A stretch of 21,597 nucleotides of DNA from Ginkgo biloba (lineage: Eukaryota > Plantae > Ginkgophyta): positions 51,996,197 through 52,017,793 of the forward strand of contig JANKJI020000002.1 in NCBI GenBank assembly GCA_024626585.2, read 5' to 3'. A program made the translations under genes and the position numbers. The notes under the pieces were generated by a model. It did no database searches, had not been told where the DNA came from, and saw nothing but the letters and a program-made list of their open reading frames with translations. Positions 11,066 to 21,597 of the stretch are shown here, one piece after another (positions within the stretch are counted from its first letter, which is position 1; every line of letters starts with the position of its first letter).

Positions 11066-11615
11066 TGTTGAGTCCATGGTATTATATGTTACTCCACTTC
11101 TTGACATTTTATATGTCATCTCTAGAAATCCCAATCTTCCAATTCTGGACTTTTAAAAAGAAACAGATAATTACATATTCTTTCATTCAGTCTACATCCT
11201 CAGGATAATTTAACAATTAAGGTTACAAACACACGGTCTCTGATAGGTGGCTCAGACCCAACCTGGCTTATAAGTAATTCATAGTGACGAATTAATTCTT
11301 AATTTAAGAATTACTTAGTTAATAATTATTTACGAACTAGGTGCATCATAGGCCTTAGTTACATAAAATCTAATAAAACAAGTGAGTAAATAATCAAAAT
11401 ATGGATGCCACATATAGGAGGATGTGCAAATATGGGTGCACAATAGATTAATTCCTCCCTCCTTAAGTGAAATGGTCCCTAATTTAATCTAGAGAGGTGG
11501 AAGGATGATGGTAATTCTTTTCTTGCACACTAAACAAAAGTCATAGCGAAGGAGAAAGAGTAATGGATTGGTAATATGTTAAGGAGTGATCCACTAAAAG
11601 GTTTTATTTTTTACA
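11066..11615 (-). mobile_element. Probable solo LTR (550 bp), Copia-type
   Basis: The termini are TG...CA (minus strand TGTAAAAAATAAAACCTTTTAGTGGATCAC...CCATGGACTCAACA). Internal motifs CACTTAAGGAGGGAGGAATTAATCTATTGT and TTATGTAACTAAGGCCTATGATGCACCTAGTTCG resemble conifer Copia LTRs as I recall them. A TATA-like TTATAAG lies near 11270 and there is no adjacent PBS. The flanks CTTTT/CATTG match at only 3 of 5 positions as a TSD. Confidence 0.55.
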
Positions 11616-11840
11616 CATTGAATTGTATATTTCTCTCATTTACCTTCATAAAAAGTTCTTTACATTAAAAAATATAGGTAACTTTCATAATTTCTTGATG
11701 ATAAATTATTAGATATTATAATTTAAAATCTACCCTCACTTCTATTTAGAGTAAATTCCATGCGTTAATATATTTAATTCTTAGAAATGTAATAACCTAT
11801 TTTTAAAATCATGCATGTAATTAATTGTATTCTTTGTCCT

Positions 11841-12090
11841 ATGTGACATGCAATGTAACATATTCTTTTATGTAACTAGCTTATTGTAGTTTTGATTAAA
11901 ATTCTATTGCCTTAATGGCTCTCTCCCTCTTACCCTTAGGCCTTTTTAGGCTAAGAGTCCCATTTGGATTTTATCGCACATAATGGAATTTTTTAGCTAT
12001 GGCCATGTAGCCCATTTAAGAAGACCTTAGTATTTGAATTTGACATTTTATTTTTCCAAAAATATGTGTTCCTATGTATGCATGTCACAT
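11841..12090. repeat. Decayed ~250-bp foldback/MITE-like inverted repeat
   Basis: A perfect 12-bp inverted repeat ATGTGACATGCA (11841-11852) / TGCATGTCACAT (12079-12090), plus inner concentric stems ACATATT/AATATGT and CTTAATGGCT/AGCCCATTTAAG sharing a centre near 11962-11966. Confidence 0.4.
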
Positions 12091-13819
12091 CTTTTCTTAT
12101 GCTAAAGTTTTACTTTTTATGATCTTAAATCATCCCTATTAATGTTCAAATTTGAACATGTATTTATGTGTAAGAGGAATTCTTATTGATTCTCAAATAG
12201 ACTTCCACACTGAGTGTACATTCATACGGAGATTTCAAATTATATTTTAGTATTAAAGTAAGTTGCATCACTTGGAAGAAATCTTACCAAAATATGTAAG
12301 GAATATATTTTCGTATAAGAGAAGTTCTTAGTACTTAATAAGCAAAGTATGGATGATGTGCCNNNNNNNNNNNNNNNNNNNNNNNNNNNNNNNNNNNNNN
12401 NNNNNNNNNNNNNNNNNNNNNNNNNNNNNNNNNNNNNNNNNNNNNNNNNNNNNNNNNNNNNNGTATTCTTCTACCAATTGGTTTTATTGGTAGAATTGTG
12501 CTAACTATATAGGGTAATGATACCCTACATTTCTATCTACCTTTTTATAATTTTTTTTGACAAATTTAATATATATTATATGTACTATATGTTCTTTAAA
12601 CCATTTCATACCCTAGGATTATGCACGACCCTCCATATTTGTTATTATGAAACATACCTTTTCGAGGACTGTTGTTGTTTTTGTGTCAAGAGATATTATT
12701 TCTAATTTGATAATAATTTTGAATTTTAAATTTTCCCATTAAATTCGTATTGTGGGATCTTGGACTATAGTCGATATGCTATTTCTCCTATTGCTATTTA
12801 TAATGGTGGTGATTGTGACTCTTGCATTGGATTTATTCTCATGGTAGAGGTGAATCTTTTACTAATAATTAGACTATGCTTTTATTTATTTATAGTATAA
12901 CATTATTTATTCCATTAATTTGGCTCTTCATTTCCTTAAAATCATTCTCTAATATTAAAATTCTCTTAGATGTTGAGTTTTGATTACTAGCCTCCATGCC
13001 TTTTTTATTTCCTATGTTAACCATTTAATAATAAAAGTCAACTTAATGTTTCAAAACCATGATTACAAAAATATTATTTTAAGAATATTCTAATTTTATT
13101 ATTTTTTATTTATCTAAGGTTGATGTCTTATATTTATTTTATCAATTTTATAGACTAGTTCGTATGGTTGCATGCACATGGTGACAAGGGCTATGAGTAG
13201 GCAGGGTAGGGCGAGGTTAAGGAAAAGCAATTGTTAATGGGTAGGGTGAGGGAAATGGTAACAAAGATGGAATATGAGAATAAGACAAGTGATAAGGATA
13301 ATAAATATATATGGTGATAGGGTAGGTAATGTAGGAAGATAGTGGTGGGCAATGCAAGAATACACTCTTAGGCAATGCTGATAACAAATGGCAGATCGGG
13401 TTTAAGAAGTAGGGAAAAAGGATAGGAATGGGGACATATGAAGGAATGTAAGGAGGAAAAATGTTGGAGAGAAGAAAAAGATGGGAAGATAGAGATGGAA
13501 ATGGGTAGGAAGAGNNNNNNNNNNNNNNNNNNNNNNNNNNNNNNNNNNNNNNNNNNNNNNNNNNNNNNNNNNNNNNNNNNNNNNNNNNNNNNNNNNNNNN
13601 NNNNNNNNNNNNNNGACTTAAGACGTATTACATAGAAAAAGAGATAATGTATATTAGCAATTTGTTAATGAAATAAAATCTATAATTTTAGCATCCCAAG
13701 GTGGATAGGTATGAAATATTATTTTAAGTTTTGCATTTGGTTAACAATTAAGCATATTTTCAAAAGACTTATGGTGGTCCAAGTACAAGAGTGACTTATT
13801 AAAGATTTATAACAAGGAT

Positions 13820-15010
13820 AACGACCCATAAATTTTAGTCAAGTTGGTGACAGAGACAATGAAGTTATGCTTTTTATAGTGGAAATAATATGTAATAGTT
13901 TAGTAAAATGTTACTCCAAGTATGTTGATCGATTATAAAAGAGAGTGGCACTTTTTTGGAATTGTATAGGTCTATTATTATTGGAAGGAATAATAAATAA
14001 TAGGGAGTAAAAAGGAAAGGGTTGTGGTTGATATTACAATAGTGTTTACTCTAAAGACATGAATTGAAAATTAGGTTTATCTAAAGAATCATTAAATGAT
14101 TTAGTCTTGAATAGTGAGAAAGGTGAGAAACCATAAGAAATGATCATTAATGTAGATAATTTTACCTTTGAAAACATTCTAAAATAATAAATTCATATAG
14201 TAGGATGTTTAAGAAATAGAAAAAAAAAAGTATTGCCAAGTGATGAGGAAGAAGGTGAATAAATAGAAGTTAAAGTTTATACATATAAGAATTATTGAGG
14301 TAGTTTAGAAATTATCCCATAGATGGATTTCTAGAATGTAAGACCAATGGAATAGTAATTCCTTTATATTCCTTCTTCATAAAATTGTTGTTTTCTAGTT
14401 GATAAAATAATGATCTTCGTGGAAGAAAGATCATGGATAAACACCTACATGTCCATTATTTCAGCTTATTTTAAGAGTTGATTGGCATTCATAGCTATAA
14501 GAATAAAAAGATTATTCTTGGAAGAAATTTTATCTAGTATAAGAAAATATGATGGAGTCCATTATCTTCTAGATGGGGGAGGTCTAATCCATTGTTGGAT
14601 ATGATATAAAGTATCATAAAAAATGAACAAAAGAAAAATTTATGATTTAAATATAAGGTAGGTTGATTATAGCAAATTATTTAAAAATTTGGATAGCTTA
14701 ACATAGTAAATTTATATTTTCATAAAGTAGACATCAATATCTTTACGTTGATATCTCTTTTATAAAAAATAGAGTCTAGACATGAAATTTATTCCCTCCT
14801 AAAGTTACTTACTTTTTTTTATGTAAATTACTTGCCTTCAATATTTTATAAAGGGAAGTTTCTACTAAGGTGTTCATTTGTAGTGGCTTATGCCTTGGGA
14901 AATGACCATAAAAAACTAATCCTTTAAAAATAACCAACACCTTTCTAAAGATCTCGAGGAATGTTGGGAGGATTGTTCTACTTTCCTCTGAAAGATGAAT
15001 GAAGGTTGCA
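13820..15010 (+). pseudogene. Highly decayed L1-type LINE remnant (ORF1 core, then APE endonuclease)
   Basis: VEIICNSLVKCYSKYVDRL*KRVALFWNCIGLLLLEG near 13880-13990 resembles ORF1 'IGNSLGKFIKxD...FARICVEIDLSxG'. F*NVRPM near 14330 resembles 'SWNVRG'. GNDH near 14900 followed by PF*..LEECWEDCSTFL resembles 'SDH...PFRFEKFWLxHxxF'. Confidence 0.4.
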
Positions 15011-15359
15011 CCATCCCTATGTGGCCTATATTCTAGGCTAAATATTATGGCAGAAAATTTGAGGAAGGTTCAAACCCCTAAATTTAAAGTCATATAACAT
15101 GGATTTTCCACTAGATGTTGGGGAGTTGAAATTGCCAAATAATCTTAGAGAAGTATGTAATAGAACCTTCGTAGAAGTTTTGAAAGATCCTAACTCAAAT
15201 GAAATTTTAAAAGGAGAAGTAAAAACCTTCCTATTGGGTAAAGGCAAATCAAGAGAAGTAGGAGAAGTATTTTGAAATGGATGCTTATAAAGGTAAAAAA
15301 TTGAGCTCAAGGTTTCATTTGAATTAGAGGGGTTCAAGAGAAAGTTATGGAATATAAAA

Positions 15360-16524
15360 AAATAATCTTTGATATGTAAGTTTATAGGACTCAAAAAAAA
15401 AAAAAAAAATTTGGAAGACTGGATANNNNNNNNNNNNNNNNNNNNNNNNNNNNNNNNNNNNNNNNNNNNNNNNNNNNNNNNNNNNNNNNNNNNNNNNNNN
15501 NNNNNNNNNNNNNNNNNNNNNNNNNNNNNNNNNNNNNNNNNNNNNNNNNNNNNNNNNNNNNNNNNNNNNNNNNNNNNNNNNNNNNNNNNNNNNNNNNNNN
15601 NNNNNNNNNNNNNNNNNNNNNNNNNNNNNNNNNNNNNNNNNNNNNNNNNNNNNNNNNNNNNNNNNNNNNNNNNNNNNNNNNNNNNNNNNNNNNNNNNNNN
15701 NNNNNNNNNNNNNNNNNNNNNNATAAGAATGGAAGACTGGAAGATTATACAAGAATATGTATGAAATTAAACTTAGAAAATCCACTACCAAAGAATATAG
15801 TAATATAGGAAATGCGGTACTCTTCGAGGTAATATTTTGATTTTGAGAATGTCCCTTTTAAATGTAGGGTCTATTATGAATATGGAAATTTGCAAAAATC
15901 ATGCCCAAATCTGAGTAAATCAAGTGAAACACCTAGTAAACAAATAAGTAAATATAAGGAAACNNNNNNNNNNNNNNNNNNNNNNNNNNNNNNNNNAAAG
16001 AATCATCTAGAGAAACATACTCCCATTATGAACAATCAATATGTAGTTATTAATGATCAAGAAATGCCAAAAAATATTATTGAGGAACCATGAGGAACTA
16101 AAGTATATGTTAATCAAATCTTCCAAGAAGAAGCTGAGGATTTACTAGGGAGAGATTCATATAAATAAATATAGGTGATGGACAATAAAGAGGAGATATT
16201 GGATAAATAAGAAGAAAAGAGTGCAAANNNNNNNNNNNNNNNNNNNNNNNNNNNNNNNNNNNNNNNNNNNNNNNNNNNNNNNNNNNNNNNNNNNNNNNNN
16301 NNNNNNNNNNNNNNNNNNNNNNNNNNNNNNNNNNNNNNNNGTTTCCAAGCCTAGGGGTGAAATAAGATAAATCTAGACTAAAGAAACGAGATGTGGGTGT
16401 AAAGATAAGAAAGGGAAGAAAAAATATAGCAAAGGAAATCCAAATTATAGGACAGAATTTAGTTGCAACATGCAATCAAATGCAGTTAGATGGTAACTTA
16501 CACATCTTTAAAACCCACAAATGA
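15360..16524 (+). pseudogene. L1-type LINE ORF1 remnant (DUF4283 plus zf-CCHC_4 zinc-knuckle region)
   Basis: SLICKFIGL...NLEDWI at 15363-15425 matches a DUF4283-type start. From 15743 the frame reads DYTRICMKLNLENPLPKNIVI*EMRYSSR*YFDFENVPFKCRVYYEYGNLQKSCP, a decayed 'YARICVEVDLxxxLP...LDYExxPFxCxxCxxYGHxxxxCP'. The C-terminus RKGRKNIAKEIQIIGQNLVATCNQMQL stops at 16522-16524. Confidence 0.8.
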
Positions 16525-18228
16525 ACTCCAATTAAATGAATAAAGTGTATCATACTCTTTGATTTAATTATTTTTTATTATTTTTCTATATTTTGAAATC
16601 CTTACTTTGACAGGACTATAATTGTATCTTGTGATCCTACCTTGGAAATTATGAAGGGAAGTTATTATAGATCATCCGTCTTATAATGAAAAAAAGTAAC
16701 AAAAACTTAAAATAATTTATATAGGTAACTTAGGTACCTTCAATATTTTTATGAAGATATGTTATTGCAATTCTGTCTTATAATAGAAAAAGTAAAAGCA
16801 ATTGAGAAAAAGTCTATAAAGTGATGGAAAATTTACCTACAAATTTTTATGTAGGTTAGCAATTAAAGGATAACCTATAAGTTATAAAATTAATTTATAA
16901 GATTTTTTTTATTTTATAAAAGTGCATTATAAAGTTAGTTTCACTTTATAAAGATGAGTTNNNNNNNNNNNNNNNNNNNNNNNNNNNNNNNNNNNNNNNN
17001 NNNNNNNNNNNNNNNNNNNNNNNNNNNNNNNNNNNNNNNNNNNNNNNNNNNNNNNNNNNNATTTCAAGATTAGTTTGACACCTTCAACAAACATTATTGC
17101 ACATGACATTCTCATATAAAATCAACTTTTCAAAAACTTAATATTTTAAAAACTATCTAAGAAATTCTATCTAATGCAATTTGAATGGACCAAAAAGTAA
17201 CTTGTAGAGAAAGGTATTCCATATACAATTAGACCCTATGAAATTGTAAATAATAAACTAAAATATGAACGAATATTCAAGACTACAGAGATTATACATG
17301 ATTTCCTTACTTAGAAAGAATAATATTTATTAAGAGTATTTTTACTCTTAATTTGAATTTAATTCTTAAATACCATATGTAATTAATTTTCCATGGGAAA
17401 TGTATTTAGTTTTATAGAAAATTAGCAAAATTGTAGGTAATTAGAAGTTAAAAAGAAGATAATGTCTAAGCAAGAAAAATAACTACTAGAAATAGTAAAC
17501 CTAGTGCCAAATTTATAAAGATAGATATGATAACAATTATTCCATGTAATTAATAGATAATTATATAATTTTAAGATATTAAAAAATTTAATAAATGATA
17601 ATTTGTTACATCACCAAACCACTGCATATAGTTATAATTAATTATGTTATAATTATGACTATTTGTGTTTTATAATTAAAAGACGTGGTAGGTTATGTTT
17701 AGAGTTACCACACTAGAATATAGGCTACAATCAAGGTTAAGAAAACTCATTTTGAATATATAAGGAAAAATAAGTCTCACTCTTAAGATATAATTCAAAA
17801 TTTATCTTGATCTTACTTTTACATATTCCTACTCTTTGATTTAAGTGCAGATTGTAGGGTACATAGACGCTGCCACTCTAATTCTATCAATCCTAATCAT
17901 CTTGACTTTCAATTATACTATCCAATATCCTATCTTGTATACCTCATTATTAGTTTGGCCTTTATGTTCCNNNNNNNNNNNNNNNNNNNNTCATCTATTT
18001 TTTCTTATTAAACTTTCATCGTCAACTCTCTAACATGTTCGCTGTATTTTTTCCTTTCAAACTCTCTCTATTGAGTGAACTCTCTAACTATGAGTGAACT
18101 ATCTCCCATGAACTGTTCACCGTATTTTTAAAAGGTTAATGTCATTTTAACTTGACACCATTGAAGGGTCAAGTATGTCATAATACTTCATAGTGAAGTG
18201 TGAACCTACTTGGCAAATTTGATAACTT

Positions 18229-18560
18229 CTCCCCAATTGTTCAAATGACTGTGCAAATTTATTTCTTTTGTGTTTGAATGTCAAATCCTCCCCATGTCAT
18301 TGTTCACCACTATCACTCATCCGTGTAACAATAGCAAAGTCATAAATCCTCCCATGACCTGTTCACCATATTTCTACTCCCCAATCACTTAAACAATTGT
18401 GCAAATCTTTTTCGTTCGTTTCTCTCAACTACCTCCCCATGTCACTATTCACCATTATCACTCACCTGTACAATAGCAATAACGTTTCCCTGTTCACTGT
18501 GTTTCTACTCCCTAATCATTCAAACGATTGTAAATCTATTTCATTCATGTCTCTCTTACT
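18229..18560. repeat. Tandem repeat, ~130-150-bp unit, ~2.5 copies, with internal CCCATGxxxTGTTCACC sub-repeats
   Basis: CTCCC(C/T)AAT...AAA..A(C/T)TGT starts at 18229, 18377 and 18508. CCTCCCCATGTCAxTxTTCACCAxTATCACTCA occurs twice. Confidence 0.8.
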
Positions 18561-18627
18561 ATGTTAGGATGTGATTTAAAAATTTATGATCCATACTCTG
18601 TCATTGTCAATGTGAGTTATTGAAGAC

Positions 18628-20034
18628 AGAGTAAACTATCTAGGCGATAGATAGGAAATGATTGACTCCATCAAGAGATGTTCATCCATCCATGTCATCC
18701 CATGCCCCCATGAATCTCTCACCTAGTAAAATAATTTTGATGAGTCACTCTGATTTTATGAGCATCGAGGTTGTTTCTCCTTTCGTCTCTATTTACATCC
18801 ATCTTCATTTTTATCTCTGTTTTCATCCAACAAGACCAGTCACCTCCACCACATGGACCCCAATGCCGAATTCATGTCAAATTCATGGTGGTAGCTCACC
18901 TAACTTCAAGGCTGTTGTGTATCCCCCCGATAGATTCTATCATATCTTGATTGAGTTTTGTGTACCTCGATCAAGGTGATAACTCGATTAAGGTTTGTTT
19001 ACCTAGATCAAGGTGTGAAGACCTCAATTAGGGATCCATACCTACGGAGGCTTACAATTTTGTCGAATACCTTGATTGAGGTATCCTGTCACCTCTACCA
19101 AATACCTTGATAAGGATAACATACCCATGGAGGTACAATTTTACTGGATGGCTCGATCAAGGTATCTTGTCACCTCCCCAAATTCATACCAGAGCCATGG
19201 TGGTAGCTTGCCTAAATTTAATGTTGCCACATCTCCCCTCATGCCTGGTACNNNNNNNNNNNNNNNNNNNNNNNNNNNNNNNNNNNNNNNNNNNNNNNNN
19301 NNNNNNNNNNNNNNNNNNNNNNNNNNNNNNNNNNNNNNNNNNNNNNNNNNNCTCTCCTCTTCGACTCCAAATGCACCATGTGGTGAATTTCAAGTTGAAA
19401 TGGTTAAATTTCTACAGGGATGCACCAAGCATAGGGAGAGACACGATAACATTGAATTTGGGTGAGCTACCACCATGGTTTTGGCATGAATTTGGGTAGG
19501 TGACAGGATACCTCAATTGAGGCATCTAGAAAAATATTAGCCTCCACGGGTATGTCACCCTGATCAACGTGTTCGATGGAGGTGACAAGATACCTCGATT
19601 GAGGTATTCAAGAAAATCGTAAGCCTCCATAGGTATGGCTCTCCGATTGAGGTGTTCACACCTCAATCTAGGTAAAAAAATATCGATCGAGTTATCACCT
19701 CAATCAAGGTACACAAACCTCAATCAAGTTGTGCAAGAATCTGCCTAGGGGAGACGCGATGGCCTTAAAATTAGGCGAGATACTACCACAGCTCTAGAAT
19801 AAATTTAACATTAGGATCCATGCGGTGGAGGTGACGGGTCCTATTAGATAGAAACAAAGATGGAAACAAATGGATATGGAAGGAGAAATGACCTCAATGT
19901 TCATGAAATTAGAGTGATTCACTAGAAGGATTTCACTGAGTGAGAGATGCATGGGGGCATGGGATGGCATGGATGGATGAACGCCTCCTAATGGCACCAA
20001 TCATTTTCTATTTATCACCCAGATAGTTTACTCC
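18628..20034. mobile_element. Non-autonomous Mutator-like (MULE) foldback element with ~620-bp TIRs and 9-bp TSD
   Basis: A perfect direct repeat ATTGAAGAC lies at 18619-18627 and 20035-20043. The termini are (A)GAGTAAACTATCT...AGATAGTTTACTC(C). The arm 18629-19251 aligns as a reverse complement to 19422-20033 along its whole length. A 9-bp TSD, long TIRs and G-A-G-T-A-A-A-type ends are Mutator-superfamily hallmarks. No transposase is visible. Confidence 0.9.
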
Positions 20035-20043
20035 ATTGAAGAC

Positions 20044-20860
20044 CCCTTTGGGATATGTACAAGTGATCATAGTAAATTTGTACCACTACTTTTTCTAAGG
20101 ATCAAGAAATATTCTAATATAAAATGATGTATAATAGAAGTTAAGAAGAAAACAAAGGTCCAATTATAGAAATTAAACTACAATCATATACTAGATGATG
20201 TATCATAGAGAGGATAATCTCTCATGAGGTATTCCAAGGAATGATAAGTGATTTAAACACGAAGGAACAAATGTGTAAATAATATATTAGACACATTTTA
20301 TTGATAATGCCATAAATCTTTTATCTAGTCTTCATTTATAAAACCTTTACTTTTAAACATTGGTAAGAAAGTTGCACCTCCCTAAAGTTGTTCTTGGTCC
20401 AAGGGACTTCTAGAAAGGAATATTTCCTTATAGAAATAGACATTTTAATCTTAGGATGGGTTTGATAACATCCATGAAAAAACATTATAACTTTATCATA
20501 TGAATTTTGTTATTAGGAAATTTGATATTTCTAAAAATTAAACAGAACATCCTATTAAATACGATTTTGAACAAGAAAAAATACTAACACCTAGTAAAAG
20601 AAATATTATCAATAATTAGACCATATAAAATCAATAATANNNNNNNNNNNNNNNNNNNATAAATAAGAAATTAAGGGAAATGGCTCAATACCAAAGATAT
20701 TATAAGATTTTATTGCTTGTAGAAAATACTTATAATAAAGAGGTTTATTTACTCTCACCCTAAAAAAAAGTCTAAAAGATTAGGTTTCAATGATTTTCCA
20801 TGGTAGCGTTATGTAATTTTATTAAAAACTATTAAAAACATAGTGATAGGACCTTGGTAA
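20044..20860 (+). pseudogene. Decayed LINE ORF2 (endonuclease-RT linker and start of RT)
   Basis: ISDLNTKEQMCK*YIRHI near 20245 resembles 'QEExxWRQKSRxxW', and QNIL occurs near 20545. The frameshifted FTLTLKK..LGFNDF/MVALCNFIK near 20748-20826 resembles the RT motif 'FIxLIPK...xDFRPIxLCNxxYK'. Confidence 0.5.
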
Positions 20861-21597
20861 TATGAGGCACATATGACCAAAGGTCCTCTAAATAATTTTT
20901 ATAATTGATTAAGTAATTAATTAATAAAATTATGATAAAAGATAAGTTATGATATGAACTTGGTGTAGTTAACAACTTGGCAACTCTCATGGAAGTGAAA
21001 GAAATATAAATCTAACTCGCATAAATAAAATGCACTAAATATAATTAATTGATCAACTTAAATACATAGGAAGGTCTTAGAAACCTTAGTGGATTAGGTT
21101 TCAAGAAGAAATTTATCATGTACTATAAAATCTAGCTCTCATACAACTCTCGAGTTACACATAGTCTAGCACCTTGCCTTCTCTTAAGTGCCACAATTTC
21201 TCTCATCAGTCACTGCAACTTATCTTAATTAAGAATTGCACCTTTTTCACATTACAAAAAACTTAAGAAACGCATCCCATAAATGTGCACCTACACATGT
21301 ATGACTTTTCTTCTCAATATTTAGGTTGAATATAGACCTACATAAACATAGATATGACAAGAAACTAGATTCTAAAATAAGATAAAGAATCTAAGAAGAA
21401 AGAGATAAGAATCTAACAAATATAAAATAGCACAATATGGACTTCAAACATGCAAAAAATTATGAGGAGAAGAATATAAGAATGTGTGTACAAAATACAT
21501 AGCCGAAGGCATCCTTATAAGGACTCCAAAGGCGCTCAAAATAGAGTGGAGATCCATGCACAACTCATGCAAGAATATAATATTTCTTATGCAACTA

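Noticed and set aside
16830-16955. Short AT-rich hairpins (ACCTACA/TGTAGGT, TTATAAAGT/ACTTTATAA)
   Set aside because: Expected by chance in very AT-rich sequence, with no shared centre or TSD.
9031-17115. Many ORFs in the track that span N runs
   Set aside because: They stay open only because N codons contain no stops, so they are scaffold-gap artefacts.
18944-19163. Regularly spaced palindromes looking CRISPR-like
   Set aside because: The repeats are 14 bp with mostly 3-6-bp spacers, in a eukaryotic TE context with no cas genes.
18662-20000. Similar ORFs 18662..18979 (+) and 19794..20000 (-), plus ORFs 19076-19499
   Set aside because: Their similarity simply reflects the two TIR arms. They have non-ATG starts or span gaps and show no recognisable domain.

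Overview
AT-rich, gap-riddled eukaryotic window that looks like a large plant genome. The Gag, protease and LINE ORF1 remnants resemble gymnosperm/conifer-type elements, which is an inference from motif recall rather than a search. No intact host protein-coding gene is visible. Most of the window is decayed retroelements: Ty3/Gypsy gag-protease (-), a second LTR element with a tRNA-iMet PBS and probable 5' LTR (-), a Ty1/Copia gag N-terminus (-), a probable solo LTR (-), and several L1-type LINE ORF1/ORF2 remnants (+). The clearest structure is a ~1.4-kb Mutator-like foldback element (18628-20034). It has ~620-bp inverted arms, a perfect 9-bp target-site duplication (ATTGAAGAC), and arrays of a 14-bp CpG-containing palindrome (ACCTCGATCGAGGT) in each arm. 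A CpG-retaining, apparently non-TE island (~6.9-10.7 kb) with minus-strand splice signals may hide a spliced lncRNA or small-protein gene lying just downstream of the solo LTR.
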